From Mobula hypostoma (lineage: Eukaryota), in NCBI RefSeq assembly GCF_963921235.1, contig NC_086097.1, forward strand, positions 41,728,001 to 41,792,000: DNA of 64,000 bases. Reading direction: 5' to 3'. The notes under the pieces are model-generated. The model made no database searches and was not told where the DNA came from. It saw only the letters and a list, made by a program, of their open reading frames with translations. The first letter of the stretch is position 1. Every line of letters starts with the position of its first letter. The position numbers and the translations under genes were made by a program. Positions 25,650-38,900 of this stretch are shown piece by piece.

Positions 25650-27435
25650 AATTGCGGTGGGAGTAGGGTAGTCCTGCTGGTAAAAAAATAAAAACAAATC
25701 CTTAGTTTTTTTTAAGATACATAATGAGTAAAAGAGAGGGGAGAGTGAATATTGGACCGCAGGAAAATGACACTGAAGAGATACTAATGGGTTACAAAGG
25801 AAGTCCAGACAAATTTAGTAAGCGCTTTGTATCAGTCATCACCGTGGAAGACGCGAGCGCAATGCCAACAATTCAACAGTGCCTGGGGGCAGAAGTGAGT
25901 GCAGTTGTAATTACCAAGGAGAGGGTGCTTGGAAAGCTGAAAGTCACCTGGACCAGATGGACTACACCTCAGTGTTCTGAAAGAGGCAGCTGAGGAGATT
26001 GTGGAGGCATTAGTAATGATCTTTCATTATCACTGGATTCTGGAATGGTTCTGGAGGACAGGAAAACTACAAATGCCACTCTGTTCTTGAAGAAGAGAGG
26101 TAGAAGAAAGCAAAATAAAGGCCAATTAGCCTGACTTCAGTGGCTGGGAAGATGTTGGAGTTGATTATTATGGATTAGGTTTCGGAAGCACATGATAAAA
26201 TAGGCCAAGTTCAAAATTATTTCCTTAAGGGAGATTTTTTGAGTAAAAAGCAGGCAAGAAAGACAAAGGAGAATTGGTGGATGTTGTTTACTTGGGTTTT
26301 CACAAGGCCTTTTACAAGGTGCCGCACATGAGGCTGCTTCCTTAGTATCACAGGGAAGATACTAGCATGGGTAGAAGATTGGCTGACTGGCAGGAAGCAA
26401 AGAGTGGGAATAAAAGGGGCCTTTTCTGGTTAGCCACTGGTGACTAGTGATGCTCTGCAGAGGTCGGTGTTGGGACTGCCCCTTTTCACGTTATATGTGA
26501 ATTATTTGGATAATGGAATTGATGTCTTTGTGGCCAGGTTTGAGGATGATAGAGAGATTGGTGGGAAGCATGTAGTGCTGAGGAAGCAGATTCTGCAGAA
26601 GGACCTAGATAGATCGGGAGAATGGGAAAAGAAGTGGCAGATGGAATACAGTATAGAGAAGTGTACGGTCATGCTATTTAGTACAAGGAATAAAGGCAGA
26701 AACTATTTTCTAAATGGGGAAGAAATTCAAAAATCTGAGGTGCAAAGCAACTGCGAGTCCTTTCACAGGATTCCCTAAAGGTTAATCTGCAGGTTGAGTT
26801 CAGTGGTAAGGAAGGAAATTGCAATGTTAGTATTAATTTTGAGAACACTAGAATATAAGATCAAGGACGTAATGCTGATCCTTCATAAGTAAACAGTTTT
26901 GAGTCCTTTATCTAAGAAAAGGCATTGAAGATGTTCCAGAAGAGGTTCACAAGACTGATTTAGAGAATGAAAGGGTAAACACATGAGGAACCTTTGATAG
27001 CTCTGACCCTATAAGCATGGAATTTTAGAAGAATGAGACTGGACCTAATTGAAACCTATGGAATATTGAAAGGCCTAAATAGAGTGGATGTGAAGAGGAT
27101 GTTTCCTATGGCGGTGATTGCAAGACCAGAGGGCACTGCCTCAGAATTAAAGAACGGGCATTTAGAACTGAGATGAGATGGATTTCTTTAGCCAGATGGT
27201 GATGATTTTGTGGAACTCTTTAACATGGATGGCTGTTTAGGCCAAGTCATTGAGTATATTTAAAGCAGAGGTTGATAGGTTCTTGTTTAGTCAGGCCATC
27301 AAGTCTTACAGAGAGAAGGCAGGAGAATGGTTTTGAGAAGGCTAATAAATCAGCTAAGATGGAATGGCAGTGCAGACTTGATGGGCTGAGTGATGTAATT
27401 ATGCTCTTATGTATTATGGTCTTATCGTCTTATGG
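25650..27435 (+). mobile_element. Decayed CR1 (RT and 3' end)
   Basis: QRSVLGLPLFTLYVN..ARFEDD..KKWQMEY (26440-26778); tail TTATGGTCTTATCGTCTTATGG. Confidence 0.85.
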
Positions 27436-28149
27436 TAACATAACTAACACATAACATCACCAGTGATGCAGCAGTGCCTCAGTAATGCATTGATGTCAAC
27501 ATTGTGTTTGTGCTGAAGTTACTGGAATATAATTTGTGACATTGAGACCTCACAGTGAACATCAATCTGAGAAGAAAAATAATGTGCTTTATTGAAAGAA
27601 CGATTGTGATGAGACAATGGTTAATAACGATCAGATGACATGAATCAAAACTGTACAGCGATAAGGGCAGATACTTTGCAACAATATCTTTAGCACAGTT
27701 TTCACTGGAGTATTGACTTTTTTTCTTTTGCACGTTTAAAAGCAAAAGACGTGCTTTTAAATTCTTTGTGAAAGGGAGATCCATTATGAAATAGTCATTA
27801 AACTTGCCCTGATTGGATGTTCAATGGGAAACTAGGCCACATATAGTAAGTTCAAGTGTGTTTACAGAAATAAGGAGAATTGCAGCAAGTGAAGACAGCA
27901 TTGACTCCCATTCTCATTGTCTTGATTTTAAAACAAAGTATTAGTGTCAGAAAATTGAAAAATAGCTGATACTGTTTCAATTTTTCAAAAAAGCTCAAGT
28001 GTTTGATTTTGTATATTGTGTGCCTGCTAATTTGGCATGTATGGCAAAAGAAGAGGAGACATTCCTCTATTCATGACTCCTTTTTCTTTTTAAAGTGGCT
28101 AGGATCCTTTCAGAGTCTATAATCTACAGCTGCAGCTCAAACTATGGTT

Positions 28150-28865
28150 CTTCACAGAGGATGGGCTCTCGCTTTCGGACTGGCTGAGTGGCCTGGCATT
28201 TCACTGTACCCAGGTGTGGCCTGGAGGATGTGTGCATTCAGGGTGCAGCCTTGTGTCCTCACCGATGTCGCCTATTGAAGCATCATGGGAGATTGAAACA
28301 GCAAGACAGCGGGCAGTGTACATTGCTGTCGAAGGAAGGCGCCTGCACTTGAGCGATTTCTCTCTTTCTCTTTCTCCATGGTGAGTGAGAACCTGCTGGT
28401 CCTTGAGTCGAGGAATTTGGACAGGTGACACAGCAGATTGTAACACTGAAACAGCGAATGTTTGGACTCCCCTCTTGTTGTTACAGGTGCGATAACTCCC
28501 GCTCCCTTGCTCGTGAGAGAGAGAGAGAGAGAAAGAGAGAGAGCCTGTCTGAAATGTGAAGTGTAGGATGGATAACAGTGTTTGATGGACTCTAGATCAT
28601 GGTCTCTGGGGGGCTTTGCCTATGCTTGCATAGTGGGTGGTGGGAGTTAATGCTTTTGCTGGACAATTGGGGGAGAAGGAGGAGGAGGAGGGAGTGGTGA
28701 AGTTTTTGTTGCTGATTGTGCGTGATGGTGGCTGATGTTTTGGGATTCTAATGTTTTCTGTCATTCAGTCTTTGGGTTTTTTCCTGTCTTGTGGACATCT
28801 GTGAGAAGTAAGAATTTCAGGATGTATGCTGTATATATTCTCTGATCTTAAATTGAACCATTAAA
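28150..28865 (+). mobile_element. Probable non-autonomous retroposon; internal (GA)n at ~28515-28542
   Basis: GC-richer body and GT-rich 3' half ending TCTCTGATCTTAAATTGAACC; no coding capacity. Confidence 0.4.
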
Positions 28866-31404
28866 TTGATCTACCTAAATGCACTCAACACAGATAAAGG
28901 CAATGAAAGCAAGCGGAAGATATCTATAAAAAGCACTACAAATCTATTAGAAATTTTATGAATTCAACAACTGGAAAATGATGCAAATGCAACTGCCTGT
29001 CTGAATCATTTCAGCTGACATACCAACATCACCAGTGTTTAGTCAAATAACAGACTAGTTCATCCTACTGACTCGGCTTAGCACACGCTCAGTTAATCTC
29101 AGATAACTGTCCAAATGTGCCTTTACCCCAAATGATAGAGATTATTGTCTCAGCAAATTCCATATTCTTAAGCGTACCAGAGCCATTCGTCACAAAGAAC
29201 AACATTTGTTATGGCAAGAAAGCTACACTTAAAGAATAAATGTCATTTTGGACAAAAATGATGCATCAGTACTTGAAAGAAGAACATACATAACTGTAAC
29301 CTTTAGCAGTTTCAGCAATATTGTTCAAATTAATGGAATTCTTCTGGGTTTTGATTATTAAAAGAAGCATAACATTATTGAAGTAAAAAAAAGAGGTCAT
29401 TCAGCCTATTCATTTTATGCCAACCCCTGATAAAATATCACCTCAATCCACACCCTCATTCCTTCTCTGAAAACTACTCTCCATCCGAGGACAGTCCTTT
29501 GATTAATTCTAATTCTGTTTCCACCAACCCTATCTGGAGGGAGTTCTAGTTCATAAGAAATCTGTATGAAAATATGTTTATCTTCACATTGTGTCTTTGG
29601 AACAACTAGTTTTGAAACATTTACTACTAAAAATATTTTCCCTCCATTTATGTTATCTAGACCAGTTATGATTTTCTATTAAACATCCTTTCAACTTCCT
29701 TTATTTCAAAGAGTTGTCTTTAAAAATTCACAAGAGTTAATTTATGAGATCCAAGATTACTAAAGAAGATGTTTACTAATGATTAAAAGCAAATTACAAT
29801 GACAGTGCTCAAAAGTAACTTTTTATGGGACAAGTACATATTAACACATTCCAAAATCCTAGAATGTCTCTAAGTATTTCACATGATCTGCTTTAAATTA
29901 TCTCATTGTTGTAAAACAGGGAAAATTGTACACATTTCCCACAGCAAATTCCAAAAAAGAATAATGAGATTTATAGGCAGATAATTTATTTTAGGGATAT
30001 TAGCTGAGGATTTAACATTGTCCAGGGGTTACTGGTAAGAGCCCATTTCCATATACAAGACTTAATTCTTTTTAGGCCTATTATGGAAAATTGGGTTGCC
30101 ATTTGAGAAAAGTAAGTTGGTACATAGTGGAGATTTTGTAGAATGCTGCAAGTGGGCACAAATGGAAAGTACTTGAATATATCCCCTGAGTTTGGGCACA
30201 CACAGTGCACAATCAATCTACTTGTCAATGCTGCCTGACTTGCCAAGTTTCTCCAGCATTATGTATGTGTCACTCAAGGTTTCTAGCATCCGTAGAACTC
30301 TTGTGCTTACTACTACTTGCCACCACTGCCCACCATCTCCACTCTACACTTCTGGTGGCAACTGGACCCACATCCCCTCAGGACTTTGAATGGGTGGAGT
30401 CTGGATCCATGTTGGGTATGGATCCTCTCCAGCTGTAACCCCTCTTGAGGGGCTTCTCCACAGTAAATAGTAATAGACTCATGCCTACCTATGCCAATCC
30501 CATGTTCCTGCATTGATTCTTTCTCCCTCTATGTCTCTCTCATTCAAGTACCTTATCTTGATGCTTCTTAAATGTTGAATGCGCACCTCAGAACAGAACA
30601 GAGAAATCAAGTCCTTGATAAAGTTTATACTACTTGATGTTTTAGGAAATTACGGAGCATTTTGGCAATTTAATGCACTTTGCCATCTAAACTGAACTTG
30701 GCAATAATATTATTATGTATTTTTCAAAGTCACACTCGCAGTAAAACTTACCAAGTAACTGCCATTATGCAATTACCCATGCATCAGACTAACATCTAGG
30801 TTCAGTGATTTGTCTGCATATTTTGAAAGTAGCATGTTTAATTTAAGTAAAAATGAATATGTAAATTTCTCATTGTTGACCTTTATTATTGAATGTTATT
30901 GGTGAAAAAAATAGATTTTTATGGATTAGGTCTTCTAAGTTGTTTCTTTTCCAGTTAAAACCTGAATAGTCAAGCACAAAATATAATGTATCAAAGTTCT
31001 CACATAAGATCAAGAAATAAATGTCAGTTCAATAATGGATGGAGCAAAGATTACATGAGAAGGCTTGAGTTCACCTAACTCATGATACCTAAGTCCAGAC
31101 ACAAAATTCACTCAATTTCCAATTCCTCTTTATCTTGCAATACTGATTTTATCCATCTACTGCTCTCTGTTCTATAAAGAATCAATCTATTTCTATTCAT
31201 AAATGCTTTTCCCAGATTCTGCAGTTGCCAAATGTTAAAGAAGTGTATTGATGTCAATAAATCTAGGTTTGAAGACAGTTTTTCAGCTATTTTTGGTTGT
31301 GGTTGTAACACTGCTCATGCCTCAGACTTCCCGAGATCAATGCATATACAATTTGATGGACCAAAACTTATTGTTTAACCTCAATATTCTCCGTGAGAAA
31401 ATTC

Positions 31405-31830
31405 ACAAGCTGCTACACACATAAAATGCTGCAGGACCTCAGCAGGAATAGCAGCATTATGGAGGGAAAGGACGAGACCCTTCATCAGAACTGGACAGAA
31501 AGGGGGCAGAAACCAGAACAAAAAGTTTGGGGGAGGGGAAGAGCACAAGGTGGATCGAAGAATGAATGGAAAGTAGATAGGTAGGGGAGGAACTAATGTG
31601 AGAAGAGTGAATGGGATAGTAGATAGGTAGGGGAGGAAATAATAGTATGGAAGGGAATGATGTGAGAAGCTAGGAGCTGAAGGGTGGAAGAGACAAAGGG
31701 GCTGATAGTAAGGTCCAAAACGTAGACCGTTCATTTCCCTCCATAGATGCCGCCTGATCTGCTGAATTCCTCCAGGACTTTATGCATGTTGCTCAAGATT
31801 TCACTCATCTGCACCATCTCTTGTGCCTCT
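31405..31830. repeat. Inverted pair of Penelope-like terminal repeats with purine-rich spacer
   Basis: Left ACACACATAAAATGCTGCAGGACCTCAGCAGG..GAGACCCTTCATCAG; right CCATAGATGCCGCCTGATCTGCTGAATTCCTCCAG. Confidence 0.75.
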
Positions 31831-32009
31831 GTTTTGCAAGCTGTTACACTGGATTGAATGATAAAACTATAATGCATACTTCTGATATTACATTTATAAC
31901 TTCGCTCTGACTTAAACTCTCTTTTCCGACACTTGTATCCTCCTGCACCTTATATCTCATTCACCTGTCAACTGTAAATGTTTTTTTATTTACAAAACTC
32001 AGATGGTAA

Positions 32010-33048
32010 AGTGCCCAAAGAAGGCAAAGAGTGGTTGTAGGTGGGTCATAGTCTGGATGGAGGTCGGTGACCAGTGCTGTGCCTCAGGGAGCTGTCCTGG
32101 GACCCCTTTCTCTTCGTGATTTTTATAAATGACCTGGATGAGGAAGTGCAGGGGTGGGTTAGTAAATTTGCTAATAACACAAAGGTTGGAGGTATTGTGG
32201 ATATTATGGAGGGCTGTCAGAGGTTACAGTGGGATATTGATAGGATGCAAAACAGGGCTGAGAAGTGGCAGATGGAGTTCAACCCAGATAAGTGTGAGTT
32301 GGCTCATTTTGGTAGGTCAAATATGATGGCAGAATATAGGATTAATGGTAAGACTCTTGGCAGTGTGGAAAATCAGAGAGATCTTGGGGTCTGAATCCAT
32401 AGGACACTCAAAGCTGCTGCGCAGGTTGACTGTGTGGTTAAGAAGGCATACGGTGCATTGGCCTTCATCAACCGTGGGATTGAGTTTAAGAGCCTAGAGT
32501 TAATGTTGCAGCTATATAGGACCCTGGTCAGACCCCACTTAGAGTACTGTGCTCAATTCTGGTCGCCTCACAACAGGAAGGACGTGGAAACCATAGAAAC
32601 GGTGCAGAGGAGATTTACAACGATGTTGCCTGGATTGAAGAGCATGTCTTATGAGAATACGTTTAGTGAACTTGGCGTTTTCTCCTTGGAGCAACTGAGG
32701 ATGAGAGGTAACCTAATAGAGGTCTACAAGATAGTCAGAGGCTTTTTCCCAGGGCTGAAGTGGCTGGCACAAGAGGGTATAGTTTTAAGGTGCTTGGAAG
32801 TAGGTACAGAGGAGATATCAGGGGTAAGTTATTTTACGCAGAGTGGTGAGTGCATGGAATGGGGGTTGCCAGCGATGCTGGTGGAGGCGGATATGATAGG
32901 GTCTTTTAAGAGATTCCTGGATAGGTAGATGAAGCTTAGAAAAATAGAGGGCTATGGGTAACCCTAGGTAATTTCTAAAGTAAGTACATGTTCATCACAG
33001 CTTTGAGAGCCGAAGGGCCTGTATTGTGCTGTAGGTTTTCTATGTTTC
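32010..33048 (+). mobile_element. CR1 3' part (RT)
   Basis: LFVIFINDLD..SKFANNTK (32074-32394); LVRPHLEYCAQFWSPH (32434-32928); tail TTTTCTATGTTTC. Confidence 0.9.
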
Positions 33049-33457
33049 AAAAACTGCTTACAATACGCCAAATGTGTTCTGATCAATGCCTTATAAAGCT
33101 CACAAACAAGAGAAAATCTGCAGATCCTGGAAATCCAAGGAACCCAAACAAAATTCGGAGAAGGAAGTATGAGAATTGGAGCGGAAGTGCGGCAGAAGCC
33201 ATTTTGAATTTTTCGTTTTTTCATTGGAGTTAAAAGAGGCGGGACTGCGCAGGCATGTGACGTTGGGCAGTGAAGCACGGAAGATTTAAAAGGAACACAG
33301 CCTTATACAGCGGGCAGCGTTGTTTGAGGGCTGTGGAGTGAGCTGGGAGCAGAGTGAAGGCCTAAGGGCTTTGGCTCAACGGGCTTAGGTGGAAACGGGT
33401 GAGGTGAAGAAGGTTTGGTTTTCAATTTTCCCTGTTATTTGAGGAAAAGGGTGAAGT

Positions 33458-34386
33458 ATGAGTGTGAGGGCAGCTTGTTGTTCTCAGTGTCGGATGTGGG
33501 AGGTCCTGGAGTCTCCCAGCCTCCCGGACGTCCACATCTGCGCCAGGTGTGCAAAGCTGCAGCTCCTAAAGGATCGCGTTAGGGAACTGGAGCTGCAGCT
33601 TGATGACTTTCGTCTGGTCAGGGAGAGTGAGGAGTTGATAGAGAGGAGTTACAGGCGGGTGGTCACACCAGGGCCATCGGAGGCAGACAAGTGGGTCACG
33701 GTTAGGAGGGGGAAGGGGAAGAGTCAGGTAATAGAGAGTACGCCAGTGGCTGTGCCCCTTGACAATACGTACTCCTGTTTGAGTACCGTTGGGAGGGACA
33801 GCATACCTGCAGGAAGCAACAATAGCCGTGCCTCCAGCACAGTCCTGTAGCTCAGAAGGGTAGGGAAAGTAAGAGGAGGGCAGTAGTAATAGGGGAACCT
33901 ATAGTTAGGGGGTCAGATAGGCGATTCTGTGGATGCAGTCAGGAGACCCGGATGGTAGTTTGCCTCCATGGTGCCAGGGTCCGGGATGTTTCTGAACGCG
34001 TCCAAGATATTCTGAAGTGGGAGGGTGAGGAACCAGAGGTCGTAGTACATATAGGTACCAATGACATAGGTAGGAAAAGGGAAGGGGTCCTGAAAGGAGA
34101 ATATAGGGAGTTAGGAAGGGAGTTAAGAAGAAGGACCGCAAAGGTGGTAATCTTGGGATTACTGCCTGCGCCATGTGACAGTGAGTATAGGAATAGAGTG
34201 AGGTGGAGGATAAATGCGTGGCCGAGGGATTGGAGCGGGGGGCAGGGATTCAAGTTTTTGGATCATTGGGACCTCTTTTGGTGCAGGTGTGACCTGTACA
34301 AAAAGGACATGTTGCACTTGAATCCTAGGGGGACCAATATCCTGGCAGGGAGATTTGTGAAGGCTACTGAGGTGACTTTAAAGTAG
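33458..34386 (+). pseudogene. CR1 ORF1: zinc-finger/leucine-zipper plus SGNH esterase-like domain (frameshifted)
   Basis: CSQCRMW..CARCAKL..LKDRVRELELQL, then GARV..HIGTND..DMLHLN..G; frame break near 33845. Confidence 0.88.
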
Positions 34387-34387
34387 A

Positions 34388-37300
34388 ATGGTTGGGGGGG
34401 GGGGTGGGAATCAAATTGAAGAGTCTAGTAGAGAGAAGGTTAGTTCACAAATAGAGGAAGCTAGTAGACAGTGTGTGAGGGAGGATAGGCAGGGGACAGA
34501 AAATGGGAGCACACAGACCAAAGACGTATGGGAGAAGGAAGAAAAAGATAACAAACTTGTTTGCTCCATGAGGAATAAACAGAGAGTAAGAAGTGGAGAG
34601 TTTCTTAAATGCATCTATTTTAATGCTAAGAGCATTGTAAGAAAGGTGGATGAGCTTAGAGCATGGATTGATACCTGGAAATATGATGTTGTAGCTATTA
34701 GTGAAACATGGTTGCAGGAGGGGTGTGATTGGCAACTAAATATTCCTGGATTTCATTGCTTCAGGTGTGTTAGAATCAGAGGGACAAGAGGGGGAGGTGT
34801 TGCATTGCTTGTCAGAGATTATATAACAGCGGTGCTTTGGCAAGATAGATTAGAGGACTCGTCTAGGAAGGCTATTTGGGTGGAATTGAGGAATAGGAAA
34901 GGTGTAGTGATGCTTATAGGGGTGTATTATAGACCACCTAATGGGGAGCAAGAATTGGAGGAGCAAATTTGTAAGGAGATAGCAGATATTTGTAGTAAGC
35001 ACAAGGTTGTGATTGTAGGAGATTTTAATTTTCCACACATTGACTGGGAAGCCCATTCTGTAAAAGGGCTGGATGGTCAGGAGTTTGTAAAATGTGTGCA
35101 AGGTAGTTTTCTGCAGCAATACATAGAGGTACCAACTAGAGAAGGGGCAGTGTTGGATCTCCTGTTAGGGAATGAGATAGGTCAGGTGACGGAGGTTTGT
35201 GTTGGGGAGCACTTCAGGTCCAATAACCACAATACCATTAGTTTCAATATAATTATAGATAAGGATAGGACTAGACCAAGGGTTGAGATTTTTGATTGGA
35301 GAAAGGCTAACTTTGAGGAGATGTGAAAGGATTTAGAAGGCATGGATTGAGACAATTTGTTTTATGGGAAGGATGTAATAGAGAAATGGAGATCATTTAA
35401 AGGTGAAATTTTGAGGGTACAGGATCTTTATGTCCCTGTTAGGTTGAAAGGAAAGGTTAAAAGTTTGAGAGAGCCATGGATTTCAAGGGATATTGGAAAA
35501 TTGGTTCGGAAAAAGAGAGGGATCTACAATAAATACAGACAGCTTGGAGTAAATGAGGTGCTCGAGGAATATAAAGAATGTAAAAGGAATCTTAAGAAGG
35601 AAATTAGAAAAGCTAAAAGAAGATATGAGGCTGCTTTGGCAAGTAAGATGAAAATAAATCCAAAAGGTTTCTACAGTTATATTAATAGCAGAAGGATAGT
35701 GAGGGATAAAATTGGTCCCTTAGAGAATCAGAGTGGATGGCTATGTGCAGAGCCAAGAGAGATGGGGGAGATTTTGAACAATTTCTTTTCTTCGGTATTC
35801 ACTAAGGAGAAGGATATTGAATTGTGTAAGGTAAGGGAAACAAGAAGGGTAGTTATGGAAAGTACGATGATTAAAGAAGAGGAAGTACTGGGGCTTTTCA
35901 GGAATATAAAAGTGGATAAGTCTCCGGGTCCTGACAGTATATTCACTTGGACCTTGAGGGAAGTTAGTGTGGAAATAGCAGGAGCTCTGACAGAAATATT
36001 TCAAATGTCATTAGAAACGGGAATGGTGCTGGAAGAGCGGCATATTGCTCATGTTGTTCCATTGTTTACAAAGGGTTCTAAGAGTAAACCTAGCAATTAT
36101 CAGCCTGTGAGTTTGACGTCAGTGGTGGGTAAATTGATAGAAAGTATTCTTAGAGATGGCATATATAATTATCTGGATAGACAGGGTCTAATTAGGAACA
36201 GTCAACATGGATTTGTGCGTGGAAGGTCATGTTTGACAAATCTTATTGAATTTTTTGATGAGGTTACTAGGAAAGTTGACGAGGATAAAGCAGTGGATGT
36301 TGTCTATATGGACTTCAGTAAGGCCTTTGACAAGGTTCCACATGGAAGTTTAGTTAGGAAGGTTCAATTGTTAGGTGTTAATATCGAAGTAGTGAAATGG
36401 ATTCAGCAGTGGCTGGATGGGAGACGCCAGAGAGTAGTGGTGGATAACTGTGTGTCAGATTGGAGGCCAGCGACTAGTGGTATGCCTCAGGGATCTGTAC
36501 TGTGTTCAATGTTGTTTGTCATATACATTAATGATCTGGATGATGGGGTGGTAAATTGGATTAGTAAGTATGCAGATGAGAATAAAATAGGTGGAGTTGT
36601 GGATGATGAAGTAGGTTTTCAAAACTTGCAGAGAGATTTAGGCCAGTTAGAAGTGTGGGCTGAAAGATGGCAGATGGAGTTTAATGCTGATAAATGTGAG
36701 GTGCTACATTTTGGTAGGAATAATCAAAATAGGACATACATGGTAAATGGTAAGGCATTGAAGAATGCAGTAGAACAGAGGGATCTAGGAGTAATGGTGC
36801 ATAGTTCCCTGAAAGTGGAATCTCATGTGGATAGGGTGGTGAAGAAAGCTTTTGGTATGCTGGCCTTTATTAATCAGAGCATTGAGTATAGGAGTTGGGA
36901 TGTAATGTTGAAATTGTATAGGGCATTGGTAAGGCCAAATTTGGAGTATTGTGTACAGTTCTGGTCACCGAATTATAGGAAAGATGTCAATAAAATTGAG
37001 AGAGTACAGAGGAGATTTAGTAGAATGTTGCCCGAGTTTCATCTCGTAAGTTATAGAGAAAGGTTGAACAAGTTGGGTCTTTATTCTTTGGAGCGTAGAA
37101 GGATGAGGGGGTGTCTTGATAGAGGTATTTAAAATTATGAAGGGAATAGATAGAGTTGACGTGGATAGGCTTTTTCCATTGAGAGTGGGAGAGATTCAAA
37201 CAAGAGGACATGAGTTGAGAGTTAAAGGTTTAGGGGTAACATGAGGGGGAAACTTCTTGACTCAGAGAGTGGTAGCTGTGTGGAACGAGCTTCCAGCAGA

Positions 37301-37400
37301 AGTGGTTGAGGCAGGTTTGATGTTGTCATTTAAAGTTAAATTAGATAGATATATGGACAGGAAAGGAATGGAGGGTTATGGGCTGAGTGCAGGTTGGTGG
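34388..37400 (+). pseudogene. CR1 ORF2: APE endonuclease plus reverse transcriptase (one in-frame stop, 3' frameshifts)
   Basis: YFNAKSI..ISETW..YRPP..GDFNFP..NNHN (34388-35326); in-frame TGA; KSPGPD..DFSKAFDKVPH..PQGSVL..YADE (35357-37132). Confidence 0.93.
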
Positions 37401-37537
37401 GACCAGGTGAGGGTAAGAGTTTGCCACGGACTAGAAGGGCCGAGATGGCCTGTTTCCGTGCTGTAATTGTTATATGGTTATATGGTTAAAATGCTGGAGG
37501 AACTCAGCAGGCCAGGTAGGATCTATGGAAAGGAGTA

Positions 37538-37575
37538 CAGTCAATGTTTCAGGCCAAAACCCTTCAGCAGGACTG
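37538..37575 (-). ncRNA. Minimal type I hammerhead-like motif with variant core
   Basis: CAGUC-CUGCUGA-AGGGUUUUGGCCU-GAAACAUU-GACUG; perfect 5-bp helix I. Confidence 0.55.
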
Positions 37576-37676
37576 GAGAGAAAATGATAAGGAGTAGAGT
37601 TAATACTTGGGGACAGCAACACACATAAAAATTGCTGGTGAGCACAGCAGGCCAGGCAGCATCTATAGGAAGAGTT

Positions 37677-37716
37677 GTAGTCGACATTTCGGGCTGAGAC
37701 CCTTCGTCAGGACGAA
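37677..37716 (-). ncRNA. Minimal type I hammerhead ribozyme motif (best-preserved copy)
   Basis: GUC-CUGACGA-AGGGUCUCAGCCC-GAAAUGUC-GAC: canonical CUGANGA and GAAA boxes, GGG/CCC helix II, GUC cleavage triplet, short helix I. Confidence 0.7.
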
Positions 37717-38229
37717 CTGAAAGAAGAGATAGTAAGAGATTTGAAAGTGGGAGGGGGAGGGGAGATCGGAAATGATAGGAGAAGACAGGAGGGGGGAGGG
37801 GGGAGGAAGAGAGAAACACAAGGTGATGGGTAAAACCAGGAAGGGGAGGGGTGAAGTAAAGAACTAGGAAGTTGATCGGTGAAAGAGATGTAGGTCTGGA
37901 CAAGGGGGAATCTAATAGGAGAGGACAGAAAGCCAAAAATGTTGCCTAGCCTGCTGAGTTCCTCCAGCAGTTTGTGTGTGTTGCCTTATAAAGCTACAGC
38001 ATTACATTTTTTTTATCTTCTTATCCACTTGAAACGAATGCTAGCAATACATTTCCCTCCTTTACTACTGATGCAGCATGCAGCTGAACCTTTAGGAAAT
38101 CCTGCACCGGGTCTCCCAAGACCTCTTGAACCTCTGTTTTCTGCATTTAAATTAGAATGTTTGTTGAGAGGTGTTACAACATTAACTTCACAGCCATCTT
38201 CAGCATGGCTAAAGAGGTTGTACAGGAAT

Positions 38230-38900
38230 TAATTGTCGACTTCAGGAAGGACAAGTCGAGGGAACAAACACTAGTGGAAAGGTAAGCAGTTTCAAGTTCT
38301 TGGGGTGTCCAACATTTCTGAAGATCTGACCTGGGCCGAACATACTGATGCAATTATAAAGAGGCTGTATCTTATTAGGAGTTTCAGGAGCATTGGTACA
38401 TCACCAGACACTCACAAGTTACTACAGATGTAGCACGGAAAGCATTCTAACTGCTTACACCAGCATCAGGTATGGAGGTGCCACTGCCCAAGATCGGAAA
38501 TGGCTGCAGAAAGTTTTAAACACAGCCTGCTCCATTGTAGGCAATAGCCACCCCAGCATCGAGAACACCTTCAAAGGCAATGCTTCAAAAAGGCAGCATC
38601 CATTATTAAGGACCCATGGTCCCTCAGCACATGCTCTCCTCTCATCGCTACTGTACAGGAGCCTAAAGACATACACTCGATGTTTCAGGAACAGTTGCTT
38701 CCCCAATACCATCAGATTTCTGAATGGACAATGGGTCCATGAACACTATCTCACCATTTTTTCCCTCTCTACATATTTAATTTTATATTACTTTTATATG
38801 TACTTTTTGTAATTTATTTTATTATTATGCATGGCAATGTACTGATGCAGCAAAAGAACAAACTTCCTGACATTCCAGTGATACTAGACCTGTTTCTTAT
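38230..38900 (+). mobile_element. Rex1/Babar-type LINE 3' fragment
   Basis: YYRCSTESILT..LQKVLNTACSIVG..FRNSCFPNTIRFLN (38393-38812). Confidence 0.75.

Larger units (their letters stand above)
33155..37487 (+). mobile_element. Near full-length CR1 LINE
   Basis: 5' UTR, ORF1, ORF2, 3' stem-loop (CACGGA..GGCC-GAGAT-GGCC..TCCGTG), (GTTATATG)n tail; TSD AAAAT at 33150-33154 and 37488-37492. Confidence 0.95.
37488..37985 (-). repeat. Tandem Penelope-like terminal repeats plus an inverted end piece; first copy begins at 33105-33154 and is split by the CR1
   Basis: Two successive AAAATGCTGG..CAGCAGGCCAGG..ATCTAT..ACCCTTC..CAGGAC units; reverse piece at ~37940-37985. Confidence 0.85.
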
